DNA from: Torpedo marmorata
Taxonomy: Eukaryota
DNA: 64,000 bases
Reading direction: 5' to 3'
Assembly (NCBI GenBank): GCA_977017645.1
Contig: OZ360232.1
Span: 15,376,001-15,440,000, forward strand
The stretch's first letter is position 1. The number at the start of each line of letters is the position of its first letter. Shown here in pieces: positions 23,626-37,734 of the stretch. Made by a program: the position numbers and the translations under genes. The notes under the pieces were generated by a model that made no database searches, was not told where the DNA came from, and was given only the letters and a program-made list of their open reading frames with translations.

Positions 23626-23790
23626 CTTATCCCTAAGGCTATCAATATTAAACCACTCCAGTAATCTCTCTCCAACTTCCATGGGACCCGACAGAAATGT
23701 TCTGCATGTTAACAGGAAATCCTCTATGTATGTGGGATCCACAATCGAATGTTCTTCAACTAAGTGTCTAATAAGTCTATCTGGCGTGCC
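23626..23790 (-). CDS. RAPGEF6: RAPGEF6 exon (REM): [55 protein letters not shown]
   Basis: ttcag| and |gtcagt, 165 bp, phase 0/0. Confidence 0.94.
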
Positions 23791-23884
23791 CTGAAAGAGT
23801 AATACAACATTAATAAAAAATTGTTTCAGTTATCATATCTTCTATTTCCTTCAACTTTAAACTTTTTCTCCCTTTTAGAGAATC

Positions 23885-24190
23885 TCAACTGCCTCAGGAC
23901 TCATATCACCGGGTTCAAGAATAGTTGTTACCCCTCAACTATCAGACTCTTGAACAATAGGGGACAACTATACTCACTTAGAGACTCATTTAAGGACTTG
24001 TATGCTAGTTATTTATTACTGTATATTTATATTTACATCTGCATTTGCACAATTTGCAGTTCCTGATGTTTGCAGTTTACAGTTTAATGGTAAAGATTTG
24101 CTAAGCCCAGCCCGCAGGAAAAAGAATCTCAGGGTTGTATGTGATGTCATGTATGTACTCTGACAATAAATTTTAACTTAAACTTTGAAA
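23885..24190 (+). mobile_element. Rex1-like LINE 3' end
   Basis: FKNSCYPSTIRLLN and a tail matching 6760-7055. Confidence 0.7.
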
Positions 24191-24549
24191 TCATGAGCTG
24201 TGTAAGTGATACAATGATATATTTAAATTCTGTTAAATGCATATTCTTTAAACCATAAGGCCATCACTTATGCCATACTGTAAAATTGCGAATTTAGTAC
24301 AAAAATGTGACCAGGATAATCATGCTTTGAGCTTTTATTCAGCAATATTTTGTTTTCATTGAAGAAGTCTGGGATAGGCCTTCATCCAACAGCTGCACTA
24401 TCTACATTGGTTTTGGGCTGTTTTGATTCAAATCATCCGAGCTGGGTTTTTGGCTTCCATTCAAAATTGGTGCAAGTACATAAATGGACACAAATACTGT
24501 GCTGTTCTGCTTACAGCATATGGCATGATTAAGGTTGTCCAAAAGCCTT

Positions 24550-25270
24550 TTTAAAAAAAAATATTTTATTTAAAATTTTTAAATCACACAATACACTGTA
24601 TAAAATGCAAAATTATCAAAATACATGTGATACATTTTCTCCCCCCACCCTCCCTCCCCTACTAATCTAGTAAAATAAAAATGAAAGAAAGAAAAAGATA
24701 GAATAAGGAGAATGTCAATCTAAAAAAAGAACAACTATAAACTAATTTTATTGTGGAGGATAGGTTTACCAGTCAGATCTGATATCCAGAGATCTTCAAA
24801 TCCTTAAACCAACCATTTTTATATATGGGCTCCATATTTTCAAAAAGAAATTATATTTATTACATAAATTATAAGTAATTTTTTCAAGTGGTATAGCTGA
24901 ATGAAGTTCTGCATGCCATCTATCTAACCCTAAATCTACATCAGATTTCCATGTAATAGCAATACATTTCTTAGAAATAGCTAAAGCAATTCACAAAAAA
25001 AATTATATTTGATACATATTTAATTTAATCTTGGTACTAATTCTTTTAATATCTCCAAATAAAAATATCATAGGATCCATTGGGAATGTAATTCTTAATA
25101 CTTCATCTAAAAACTTTTTAACTTTCAACCAAAAATCATATATCTTTGGACAAAGCCATGTAGAATGTACAAAAGAACCTTCCTCTCTATTACATCTAAA
25201 ACATAAACCAGATAATGTCGGATTAAATTTCTTTAATTTTTTGGGTGTTAAATATAATTGATGGAAAAAT
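24550..25270 (-). mobile_element. 5'-truncated L1 3' fragment (diverged subfamily)
   Basis: Homologous to 44000-44690; C-rich (antisense G-rich) 3'UTR and poly(A) signal. Confidence 0.8.
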
Positions 25271-26074
25271 ATTTCAAACTGCCATCAACAGCAAAATGAA
25301 CCAAAAGTCTCAACAAGGTTGGCTGACTACATGCCAACTATAAACTAAACTAAAGCAATACACCAAATTTAAAGCATACATTTAAAATAATTAGTGCATG
25401 AATTAGATGGGAGATGGAGGAATGTTCTCCCCAAAGTTTAGAAAAATAATGGATCTCAATGGCAGAAGGGGGTTAAATGCAGCCAGAAAGCAGAATAATT
25501 TTAAAGAAAAAAGTAACTTGGATGTGCACCTGAGTACTGTAACTGCACACTGCAGACCAAGAGGTAAAAAGTAAATGAAGCTGTTTTTTTCCCAATCTAT
25601 ACAGACATAGGTCTAGCTTCCCGTCTCTCATCTGTATTTGATGATGAAAGTTTATTGTCACATACATAAGTATAATGTACCAAATGCATGGAAATTCTTG
25701 TTGTAGCCAGACATGTACATGAGATACACCAAGTACAACAGTACAAATTAAATTATCACAACATGCCAAGACAGAAAAAGAGATGGAGTCATACAGCATA
25801 GAACAGGCCCTTTGCCCAACTAGTCCATGCTGACCAATTAAGCATTGTGAGCTAATCCCATTTGCCTGCATTTGGTCCATATTCCTCCATAATAAATAAA
25901 TATTTACAGTGCAGTTGCTGCAGAAAAATATGTTTTAATAGTGCATACAGATGGCCCTACAGTAGCTTATGGTTAGGGTGAGGGCAGTATAGGAGGTACA
26001 GCAGCCTGACAGCTATTGGAAAATACTTCAATAGTTCAAACATTGAATGCATAAACCTGAATCCATTACATCAC

Positions 26075-26440
26075 CCTCACTCACTTATGACTCGGAGGTT
26101 ACGATTTAAGTCCACACAAGAGGCTTTATTATGGTTAGTGTAGTGGTTAGCATAACACTATTATAGCACCAGCTACCTGGGTTCAAATCCGGCTCGTGGG
26201 CTGGAAGGGCCCGTTACCGCACTGTGTGTCTAAATTTAAAAAAAATTAACTTTAAATGTAAAAAACCTGGAAGTGGTTTTCATTAAAGAACTAAGGGGAT
26301 GCTGCACTGCTTGAGGTGCCATCTTTCAAATCAGAAATTCAAGTACTCAAGTCAAAAGGGACATAAAAGATCACAGGAACTATTCAAATTCAAAGAATTC
26401 AAAGACTATTCATGTCTTGGCTAATATTTGTCAGTCTTCT
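26075..26440 (+). mobile_element. SacSINE1-like Deu-SINE interrupted by a short tRNA-derived SINE (~26130-26240)
   Basis: gggatgctgcactgcttgaggtgccatctttc...ggacataaaagatc..ctatt..tgtcttggctaatattt Deu core; A-box tagtgtagtgg and B-box ggttcaaatcc in the insert. Confidence 0.55.
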
Positions 26441-26669
26441 GATGTCATTGGTGGCACATTAACAAACAAAGACCGGCTGTTAAATGTGCTGATGCTACAA
26501 TATTGATTACTCAACTTCATATTTTTCCATTAGCAGATTTTAAAAATGCAGTGTTTCAGAGATAAAATAATCTGACTCAGCAGTGAGGAAATTAGATTAT
26601 AATTGAAGCTTCAATTAAAGAGATTAGTTTTCAAACAGCTTCACAAAGAAAATGCATCTAATATAGTAG

Positions 26670-26815
26670 TAAACACGAAAATCTGTAGACACCGTGGTTA
26701 GAGTAAAAAACACAAAAGCTGGAGAACTCAGCAGGTCAAACAGTGTCTTTTATGTGGCAAAGGAAGAAATACATAACCGACGTTTCGGGCTTGAGCCCTT
26801 CTTCAAAGTATGAGA
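26670..26815 (-). mobile_element. Penelope-type terminal repeat fragment
   Basis: Near-identical to 5826-5968. Confidence 0.7.
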
Positions 26816-27469
26816 TATAGTAAAGCTTTATATACCAACACAAAATATTAGTATCAGACTGGCCATTTGTTAGTTTAAATTCGTTTGTGTGTCATGAAAT
26901 TGTACATCATGACTGAGTGTAATAGGTGGCTAACCTGATACCACTAGTCACGATGAACTTACTTTTATACTGTATATTTAGTGCAGTGTGTCAAACTATA
27001 GATTATTCCACATGGTTTAATTGCACCTAATTAGACCATGTGGACAAATTACTGCATTGTAGCCAAAGATTTGTCCAATAATTGTAATGATAAGGGACAA
27101 ATGTGAAATATCCTTTTCTTATTTCCTCCTCTCCCCATCCCAGCTCCGAGAAGTGGCCTAAACTTAATTCAGGAGGACCAACTCGTATCAATGATAGTGG
27201 GAAAAGTCTAAAAGAGAATTACTATCTATAAGTGTAACCTTACAAGTCATTTTGAAGTGCCTATTGCAGGCTAATAATTCACTGATTGATTTTGCAAACA
27301 ATGTTGTTTCCACAATCAAAGCTAAGCGTTTCAGTAATAGGTAACAAACGCAATGTTAAGTTTTGTCAATGATAGGAGATTAATATAATCAGAAAATAGA
27401 GGAAGAATACTTCAATATGAAAACATGCAAATACTACAATTGCAATTAATCAATGTCTCACTCATTTAC

Positions 27470-27622
27470 CTTTATAACAATGTGTCCTTTCCTTGTTCCA
27501 GTACGATCCAGCTCTCTATGCTCTTTGACCATTACAATCTCCCCTTCTTCCTCCACCTTGTGAGTATTCTTCTCTACTTGGTTCAGTATTCGGCAGTAAT
27601 CATGCTGAGCTATACTTACAAA
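27470..27622 (-). CDS. RAPGEF6: RAPGEF6 exon: [51 protein letters not shown]
   Basis: taacag| and |gtaaat, 153 bp, phase 0/0; read manually. Confidence 0.94.
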
Positions 27623-28824
27623 CTGTTACAAGAGAAGCATAGAAACACATAAGTCAGCAGGTTTATTACCCCCTTCAAAATAATAAATAGCTTTTTGATG
27701 TATAAAGCTTTAAACTTTACTCTGGCACAATCAGCAAAATATATCCACATGTTCAGCACATTTCATAAAATTTGGTATTTAATGATACTATTGAAAAATT
27801 GCACATTTCCCATATATTAAATGCTGCAACTGAGTACAGGTTGAATCATGATCACACTGTTCAACTCTAGTGATTGCTGAAACTTTCAGAATGGACCAAG
27901 ATACCAAGCGATTTCCTGTAAATTACTGTATAACTGACAACTCTCTCAGATCTCAAAATAAAACATAAATAAAACACTCAACGGCACAATATTAGATATA
28001 AAGAGCATTATAAAACTCCCACTGACATTGGAATATTCAAAATAAAATGTTATGAAAACGTACATTTTTATTAGAGTGCATTTTACCAAACTGATTATCA
28101 AAAATGAATGGAAAACAATCTATTTTAAGAAGGAGTACAATGTATTTTAATAAGATAGCAGTTTAACCATATACACAAATATATAAAAATCTATTTTTCT
28201 TTTCCTCTGATCAGGGCTGAACTATACAAGTGAACAGACTTGTGCAAGAAATGGGAAGCAGGGCATGTCAGATCATATCTTTCTAACACTGAAATACCAA
28301 AATCAGCAAGACCAATGCAACCTTTCTATGTAGTGAGAACAGTAATAAAATGCAAACAAATCTCTATGATACCAAGGATAAGGGCACATATTGCATTGAT
28401 ATTCTTCCTATTGTTTATCACATGTATTTCCTTTGTACATGGTGATCATAATATCTGGATTTGCCTTGCATTTTCTCTCAAGCTTCTTCCCAAGTTAACT
28501 TGTCTATACTTCAGAGAACTTCATCAACACTGATGAAATGTGTTGTCTTTGAGAGAGTTAATTGAGTTACAAGTTAGAATGTACACTATCATTCATTGGA
28601 TGCAGATTCTCAAATGTGAATCAGGTATCTGGCACTTAGTGTAGCTTTTGATTCACCAAATGCATAGATTACCATCGTGATGAGCCCAGCAACATTCAAA
28701 GAGTTGGTCTAATTATTTCACTTTGTTTATAGTTGTGTAGGAAATAATCACTAAAACCGACTGAGTGTGACTAAATAAAAAAATCTTGTTGAATTGCATT
28801 TAGCCTTGTGAATCATGTCTTTAC

Positions 28825-28983
28825 CTGACAATCATCTGCTTTGGTCCTAACAATTCCTTTCATATATTGTTTCTCCAAGGAAGGAGAAATACCAAAACTG
28901 TTTCCCATGCAAAGTGTTTCAGTTTTTCCATAGGAGTCGGTGATTTCCACTGAACCATTTAGAATAACATACCATGACTCCAG
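28825..28983 (-). CDS. RAPGEF6: RAPGEF6 exon (cNMP-binding domain): [53 protein letters not shown]
   Basis: ttacag| and |gtaaag, 159 bp, phase 0/0; SWYVILNG is RAPGEF6-type. Confidence 0.95.
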
Positions 28984-29520
28984 CTGTAAGTAAAGCAAAA
29001 CAGACTTTGAGCAAAATCAGCTATTTGAGAGGAATGCAAGTGACTCCGTTTTCAAATAATATCAAAGTTAAAAGCATTCGATGAATTATTCCTCAACTAT
29101 GATTCTCTAGCAAACAAGTGGGGAGGGCAAACGAAAGGTTCCTGTTCTCTGCTATTAATGGCAAAGTTAAAACATTCTTTTTTTGCCACATATTTAGTTT
29201 TGCTAATAAACAGAATCCTCCCTTCAAAAGTAATTGGAGGCTACCTGCATCATAAACCATGATGGTTCTGAAATGTATATATTTCTTGATATTATTATTA
29301 GAACAAAAACGTGTTCAAGCGTAAGGAAAACTTGATGTAAACACATCACATTTGTTAAAGTGGGAGTCTCAATAACAATATCTTTGTCAATAAAAAAAGC
29401 CAGAATTATAACACACCCAGACAGTGAATGTTGTCTATGAAACTCTGCCATATCTTTACCTGCTCCTTAATGCACCATTGGCTGCCGGCCTTGTACTTGG
29501 TGGATTAAGAAAATTAATTA

Positions 29521-31928
29521 GAGATAATATAACTTCAAATCATGAGGAATCATAAACTCTGATAATAGTCGATAAAGGAACCATATGGGAGGACTGCAAC
29601 TTCCTAATTTTCAGTATTACTATAAAGCAGCTCAACTAAAATTTATTAATGAATTTTTTGATTCAACTAAATCTTCTGCTTGGATTAATATAGAATTGAA
29701 TAATATAGGAGAAATACATAAAGAAGAGATTATTTATAAGTGGAACTCTAAATTATTATTAGCTAAAAAGAAAAATTCACCAATTATTAAACATTTGTTG
29801 GAAATTTGGTCACAGGTAGATAAAGAAATAGGTCGGAAAGGATCAATTTCTTTAAATACACCAATATACCAAAATTTGCTTATACCATTCTCTATTGATA
29901 ATCAGTTACTTAAATTATGGTTTCAAAAGGGAATTAAGACCTTGAAAGATTGTTTTGAAGCTGGTAGATTTGTTACTTTTCAAAGGTTAAAAGAAAAATT
30001 TAATATACTAGATAATACAATGTTAGTTTATTTTCAAGTTAAAGCCTTTTTGACTGAGATATTAGGGAATGAATTAGTAGCACCAAGACAAAATGAATTG
30101 GAATTGTTAATTACTAAAGTTAATATTAATAAGTTTATATCACAAATGTATAAATTATTTCAGAGAAAGATGTCTAAAGTAGGGTTACATAAATCTAGAT
30201 TAAAATGGGAACTAGACTTAAATGTTAATATAGATGAAAATCATTGGAAAGACTTATGTAAATTAAGTATGACTAAAGTTGTGAATGTTAGATATAGACT
30301 AGTACAATATAATTTCTTTCATCAATTATATTTAACACCTAAAAAATTGAAGAAATTTAATTCAGCATTATCCGATATGTGGTTTAGATGTAAGAGTGAA
30401 ATAGGCTCTTTTGTTCACTGTACATGGTTATGTTCAAAAATTCAAGACTTTTGGTTGAAAGTTAAGAGTTTTTTAGAGAGAATTTTTAATGTTGTGTTTA
30501 CGATGGATCCTATGTTATTTTTATTTGGAGATATTAGAAAATTTAGTATTAGAAATAGATTAAATATGTACCAAGTAGAATTTCTACGTATAGTATTAGT
30601 AGTTTCGAAAAAGTGTATAGCTATTACTTGGAAGTCAGATGTAGATTTAAATTTAGAAAGATGGCATGCAGAATTACGTTCATGTATACCATTAGAAAAA
30701 ATTACCTATAATTTGCGTAACAAATATCATTTTTTCTTGAAAATTTGGGGCCCATATATGAGAATTATGGGTTTAACAATTTAAACTCTCTGGATATCGG
30801 ATCCACTGGCGAAAATAACCTCTATGGTAGAATTAGTTTGAAGCTTGTTTTCTCCTCACTCTATTTTTCTATCTTTCTTTTTTCTTTTTCTCTTTTACTA
30901 TATATATATATTTTTTTTAGAGTAGTGGGGATGTAGGGGTTAGGGAGGGGAGGGTGGGAAGGGGGGGAGAAAATGTATATCACATGTATTTTCAAATATA
31001 TGCATTCTATTTTATGTATTTTGTGATTTGAAAATTTAAATAAAATTTTAAAAAAAAGATAAAGGAACCATAAATATTAGTAAATTTTAGGTTTAATTTA
31101 TTTGAACATTTAATCTTTTCTAATGTTAAATAGGACATTAAACTTGATAGCCAATCTTCATATATAGGAGGATTACCATCCTTCCATTTTAGCAAGATCT
31201 GTCGCCTTGCAACCAGAGAAGAAAAAGCAATCACATGTTTTTGATTATTAGTAAGATCATGATTACTAGGATAATTTATACCAAATATTGCTATAAATGG
31301 ATTTGGATCTAATTGAGTAGCTAAAACCAAAGAAAGAGTACAAAAAATTTTGTTCCAAAATCTAACTAACTTAGGGCACAACCAAAACATGTGAAATAAT
31401 GTACCTTCATGAACATTACATCTATCACACATAGATGATATATTTGATGAAAATTTAGCCAGTAAAGATTTCGAGTAATGAGCTCTGTGAACTACTTTGA
31501 ATTGAATTAAATGATGTCTTGCACATAATGAAGAGGTATGGATACGGTCCAAAATATTGGACCACACTGAATGTGAAAAAACTTCCTCATGATTTGAAGT
31601 TATATTATCTCTACAGGTCAGTGAAATTCTGGGGTGGGGGTAGGTGGTAGGCTAGTTTAGATTGCTTTAGCTTTTATTAAAAAATGTATTACGATGAAAT
31701 TACTATATTATCTTTTTTTTTGTGGCTTGGTTCTTTTTATACCTATTGGTATTATAATACTAAATTGTAAAGAAAAAATTGATATATATCTGTAATGTAT
31801 ACTCTGTTATGGATGGATTAATGGAACATGTGATAATGCTTTTTGCTTTTTCTCTGTAAACGTATATAGTGAATGAACTGTTATATCCATGATTTTATGG
31901 AATTAATAAAGAGATTTAAAAAAGAAAG
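29521..31928 (+). mobile_element. Older L1-clade copy with 5' inversion (inverted ORF2 3' end to ~31582; forward 3'UTR 31583-31928)
   Basis: TSD gaaaattaatta at 29509-29520 and 31929-31940; minus-strand QFKVVHR..CDRC..HMFWLCP; aataaa plus A-rich tail. Confidence 0.75.
29586..31057 (+). mobile_element. 5'-truncated L1 (ORF2 C-terminal 399 aa open) nested in the older L1
   Basis: 15-bp TSD gataaaggaaccata at 29571-29585 and 31058-31072; poly(A); related to but diverged from the ORF2 at 44218-48003. Confidence 0.9.
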
Positions 31929-32249
31929 GAAAATTAATTAAATGTAGGTAAAACCAAATGTGCCAAAAGATACGACAGTGGAGCTTTTCAGCAGGGTCAC
32001 TAACTTAAACTGTGAGGAGGCTAAACTAATTTACCTTGAAATACGATCAATGAAACACTTTAGACTGGCAGCATCTTAAGCTGTCCTGTCATCATGCAAC
32101 AATAATTCTTAGCCCAATACAATGATTTGAAAGAATGCTTTGAAACCAAAACAGTGAGGATAAAAGTTTACAGCTTTTATCTACGATTCTGTCAGAAAAT
32201 GTTTTTGCATCATATATGAATTTAGAAACGCCTGATTTGCAAAACTAGT

Positions 32250-35135
32250 ATCATACAGTCATACAGCACAGACAGGCCCCTTGGCCCAACTCATCCAAGC
32301 AAACCAAGTTGGCATTCTGGGCTTGACCCATTTGCCAGATGTCTTTTGAACATTGTAATTGTTCCTGCTTCTGCATCTTCCTCAGGCAGCTCATTCCACT
32401 CTCCATGCGAGAAAGATACCCTTCTGATCCCTTTTAAATCTTTCCCTTCTCACACACCCATGTCGCCTAGTTTTGGACCCCTTCTCTGGAAAAAAGATGG
32501 ACTGTTCACCTTATCTATGCCCCGCATGATTATATATACCTCAAAAAGGTCATTTGTCAGCCTCCTATGCGCCAGTGAAAAAAATCCCAGCCTACCTAAC
32601 CTCTCCTGGTCATTCAAATTCTCCAGTCTCAGTAACATCTCTGGATACATATTTTCTGCACCCTTTCCAACTTTCTTTAGCTGAGCAACCAGATCTGGCC
32701 ACGGTATTCCAGATGTGGCCTCATAAATGTCTTGCACAACTGCAACGCAGCATCACAGCTCCTCTACTCAATGCCTTGATGAAGGCAAGCATGCCAAACA
32801 CGTTTTACGTTGTCTATCTGCGCTGCCACTCAGGGAAATATGTACCTTGGTCTCGATGTTCCACAACTCTCTCCAGGGTCCTACCATTTACTGTGGTAGC
32901 CCTACCATGGTTTCACTTCCCAAAATGCAACATCTTCCACTGGTCTGAGTTAAATTTCATCTGCTATTTCTTGGCCCACTTCCCCAGTTGTTCCAGATCC
33001 TGTTCTAATTTTAGATAGTCTTTCTCAAAGTCACAATATCAGCAATTTCAACTAACTATGTTAATTGCATCAAAATTGTTACCATAGATGACAAACAACA
33101 GTGGACCCAGCACTGATTTCTGTGGCACATCACTGTTCACAAGCCTCCAATTTGAAAATGATCATCTGCTACCACCCTCTGACTCCTTCCACCAAACCAA
33201 TTTTGATTCTAATATGATCTAACATTCCAGACTAAACTATCATTCAGGACCTATTCAAAGGCTTGCTAAAATCCACACAAAGTCCCCTGCCCTGCCCTCA
33301 TCAATCATCTTTGTCACCTCTTTAAAAAGCTCAAATAAATTTATGACACGATTTCCCATGGTGACTAGCCCTAATCAGTCCTTGGCTCTCCTCTTGCTGG
33401 TAGATCCTGTCCCTCAGAATCCCCTCTAGTAAATTTCCCCACCATTTTCTGCTCACCTTCCCTGGCTTGTCCTTGTAGCCCTTCCTAAATAATGTAAAGG
33501 CACAATGTTAACCAACCTCCAAGTCTTCCAGTATCTCACCCATGGCTAAAGATGATGCAAGTATCTCTATCAGCACTCCAGCAATTTCTTCACTAGCTTC
33601 CTAAAATATCCTGGGATACACTTCGTCAATCCATGGGGATTTATCCACTTCAATATGCTTTAAGACCGTACCACCTCCTCTTCTATACTGTGGATATGTT
33701 CCAAAACATCACTACTCATTAGCCTTGATTCCTTGCCTACCATGATCTTTACACAGTAAACATAGATTTAAGATTCTGCACACTGACAACCATGTTTTGA
33801 TCCTTAAGGTGACCTACTCTCTCCCTAGTTCTTTTTTATCTTAATATATCAGTAGAATCTCTTGGGATTCTGCCTGTCAGAGCTATCACATGTCCTTATT
33901 TTGCCCTCCTTATTTCCGTAAGGGAACTACATCCCTTATATTCTCACGGGGTTTGCTTGATCCCAGCTGCATATACCACTCATAAGCCTTATTTTCCTGA
34001 CTATATTCATCATCAACCAGGTTCCCTAAACCTGCCAATCTTGTTGGTCTTCATTCTAATAAGGAACATTGTGTTCCCGAACACTCCCGATATCACTTAA
34101 TTGCTGCTCAAACCAGATGTCCCTTTACCTCCTCTCCTAATCAACCTTTGATAGTTTATGTCTAATGCCATTACAATCAGCCTTGCCTCAACTTCCGGGC
34201 CAGTCCTGTCTTTTTCCATAATAACTTTAAGACATAGAATTATGGTCATCGGTCCCCAAGTACTTCCCCACTGACACTTCAGTCTTCTGCCCTGCCTTGC
34301 TCCCAATAGGTTTGGAGTATAGGGCATTCTATGCTCTAATAGGGTATTCTATATACTGTTTAAGGAAACCAGAGAACATTACAGCACAGAAACTTTCTGG
34401 ACACATTTCATAATTTCCAATCCGACCAATCCCTTTGCAATATAGGAATCCCACTGTGAGGGATGTTGAAATCACCAACTATTATGACCCTGGACACACT
34501 TAACTAGTTCTGCCCCATCTACTCCTTTAGTACAATGGCAGTCCTAGTCACTATTAAGGAAGTTAAGATCACGTACAGTTACAACCCTATCTGTGATTTA
34601 CCTACATTTTTCTCCTCTAATCCCCACTGACTATTGGTCCAATCATGCAATCCCATCAAAGTAATTATCCCTTTCTTATTACTAAGATCTCCCCATATAG
34701 CATCACAGACGATCCCCCAAGAATATTCTCTGATGATCTCCGTAATCCAAAACGTTCCCTTCCTTGTCTCCTTGTTAAACACATTAGTAGCATTTGTGCT
34801 ACAGAACCCAGAGCTGAGAGACCTGCTCCTCTCTGAGCTGGGTTTCTATTATGACTACAATATCACAGTTCTGTGTACCAATGCCCGCCTTATTCATTGG
34901 GCATCTTGCATTAAAATAAATACAATTTTGTCCATCAGGCCTTTTTCATTTCCTGTCTTTCCATTTAATTTCATTTCCTTGCTGCTGAACCTGCTCACTT
35001 TAACACCTTTATTAGCCTCAGCTTTCACATCTGCCACACCACTGCTTTGGGTCCCAGATTCCTGCCAAACTAGTCTAAACTTTACTGAGTAGCACTAGAA
35101 AATGTCCCCACCAGGACACTGGTAGCCCTGTAGGT
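32250..35135 (-). mobile_element. Long degenerate CR1 LINE
   Basis: ERLGRLGFFSLAHRRL and endonuclease remnants (AIWGDL.NKKGIITLMG) on minus strand. Confidence 0.75.
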
Positions 35136-35527
35136 CAAGTATTTGTCTAACACCACAGTCAGCTTTTAAATACTTCTGACTCTTGTTCTTAATTTATTGT
35201 ATTATCAATTCAGCTGAAAGAAAAGAGAACCAGAATTTGAAAGCATCAGGTTAAGTGCAGGAAAAACTTTAAACAATACATAGGCAGGAATTCTCATAAC
35301 AATTAGGGAAAAGCACAAGATGTACTTTAGTGCAACCGTTGAAAAAAAAAAAGATATATTCTGGAGGAGACACTCGGGTGTATATTTTTGAAGCAGAAAG
35401 AAAATAGAAGGAATGCAATCCTACAAAGTGAAACAAAATTATTCTTTTACCCAAAATGGAAGTAATTTTAAATACAAAGCTTCCATGAACTACAAATACA
35501 AAAAAAACAATCGAACATGGTATTTAC

Positions 35528-35664
35528 CTCTTTTCCATCATCAGTTATTATTGCTCCAGTATGTTCTACTACTTCAAATATCATTACTGAGCAGAGCTCT
35601 CTTCTGACAAACATGGTCATGTTAGCAAAAGCAGGTAGCTGATGCATAAACTCCAGCAATTGTT
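35528..35664 (-). CDS. RAPGEF6: RAPGEF6 exon: (E)[45 protein letters not shown]
   Basis: ttcag| and |gtaaat, 137 bp, phase 1 in / 0 out; [10 protein letters not shown] is RAPGEF6-type. Confidence 0.95.
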
Positions 35665-36321
35665 CTGAAAAGTTACAAACACATATTTAGCTAGTTTCAA
35701 TTACACACTTTTTCAAATTATCAACACATATTTAATGTCAGGAACTCCAGTGCATATTGAACATTCAACTAGAATGCTAAAAAAATGGATATCTTCAAAT
35801 GTAAATTATCTATTGGAAAGTGAATACCATGCTTACCAGTGAGGTTGTCAAGCTATTAAAAAGTAATGATTAATTGTATTTTAATAGCACAATTAAACCA
35901 AAGTACAATACCACCAATTTACACATTGATTAATTGTTTGCTTAACAGTTATGAAATACTGGGTTTTTCTTTATTTATTATTAAAATTATTTTATTTTAT
36001 GGTTTCATTGATTTTTAGTTTGTAAATGATTCATAATGTTAAGAGATGTAAAATCACTGAACTTTTAAAGCATTGATAGGTAGCTATGCCAGGTATGCCT
36101 ATGTTACAAGCCAAAAAAAAATTAGCAGGTGTGCCTGCAGAGTTTGCTCTATCCACTCTCACCTTTGCCTGACATGTAATGGGAATGAAATCAACAGGAT
36201 TTCTTCATTTGCTATCTAAAGGTTCTTGCCGGCAAACCACACAAATTGTAAGACTGTGTGAGCAATGGGTGATAGTGAAATGTTAGACAGTAAAGGTAAA
36301 GATAACCTTCCTTAATCATAC

Positions 36322-36502
36322 CAATGTCATCATCAGTTCGGTCCACAGGATCCTTCTCCAGACACTCCCTAACAATATCCCTGCTCATCAATGGATCAGA
36401 TGCACGATCAATGTCCTCTTCATCTTCTTCCTCTTCTTCTGAATCTACTGCTGTTTCTGGAAGACCAGTAAGATCCATATCCCCCATTTCACTCTCTGTA
36501 GC
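36322..36502 (-). CDS. RAPGEF6: RAPGEF6 exon: [60 protein letters not shown]
   Basis: atacag| and |gtatga, 181 bp, phase 0 in / 1 out. Confidence 0.94.
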
Positions 36503-36609
36503 CTGTATAAAAATATTTGTGTATTAATCATGTGGCCATACTAAAACACCATTCAAAATAAACATTCAAAAATTTCCACCACAGAGAATTAAACAAGGTA
36601 TTTACAGTA

Positions 36610-37620
36610 ACAAGTTTATTGTCATATGCATTGTACAATGTACATATCCATTAAATTCTTACATGCTGCAGCCCAAACGATACTTCATAAAAAAGACTAT
36701 AAAATAGCATACATAATTGAATCAAAAAGAGACAATAAATACACAAGATAGTCAGAAATATTCGTACTAATCCTAGTGCAAGAAAAAAAAACAACTTTGC
36801 GATCAACAGCCTGATAGTTGATGGATAGAAACTGTTCTCAAACCTAGGTGCTGGTCTTCAGGCTTCTGTACCTTCTGCCCCTAGGTAGCGGTGAGAAGAA
36901 GTTGTGACCAGGGTGATGGGGTCCTTTACGATGTTGGTTGCCTTCTTAAGGCGGCACCTCACATAGAGGTCTTCAATGGATGGGAGTTCAGAGCTTGTGG
37001 TGGACCTGGTGATGTTTGCATCGCCAGGTCCATTGCCACCTTCTGCAGTATTCTGCATTCCTGGGCACTCAAATTACCAATCGAGGCTGTGATGCAACAA
37101 GTCAGTATACTTTCCACAGTGCATCTGTAGGTTTGATAGAGTATTCAATGACATGCAAATCTCCTTAGATTCCTGAGAAAGTCGAGGCATTGGTGTGCCT
37201 TCTTCGCGGTTACCTCTATGTGCTGGCTTGAGGAGAGATCTTCTGAAATATGGACTCCCAGGAAGTTGAAGGGTCTAACCCTCTCCACCTCTGTCACATC
37301 AATGCAGACAGGTGAGTGGTCCCTCAGCTTCTTCTTTCTAAAATCAACAGTAAGCTTCTTGTCTTGGTACGTTGAGAGCAACAGGTTAGGGACACAGCCA
37401 GGAACATCGCCTGGGCCAGATGCTTTTCAAGGACTCACTCTCCATAAGGTTCTCTTCACGTAAGTCTCAGGAACTGGGAAGAGAGAGTTATCGGGCACTG
37501 TGGCGGCTTGGCAGGGTTCTTCATTGCTTTCCCTTTCGAAGTGAGCATGGAAGGTATTGAGCTAGTCAAGAAGAGATGTACCACAGTTAATGACATTGCC
37601 TTGTTTTGCCTTATTGGTTA
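36610..37620 (-). mobile_element. Rex1-like LINE fragments
   Basis: TVDFRK..EVERV..FNFLGVHISEDLS motif; tttattgtcat tail. Confidence 0.7.
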
Positions 37621-37734
37621 GCTGCACACCATTACATCCTATCTACTGAAAGGTTTCATCATCTTTATCCATTTCCTTATTCATGCAAATGGAGAGACCA
37701 CATTTTCTACACTACAGGTGACAGATGTTGCAGT

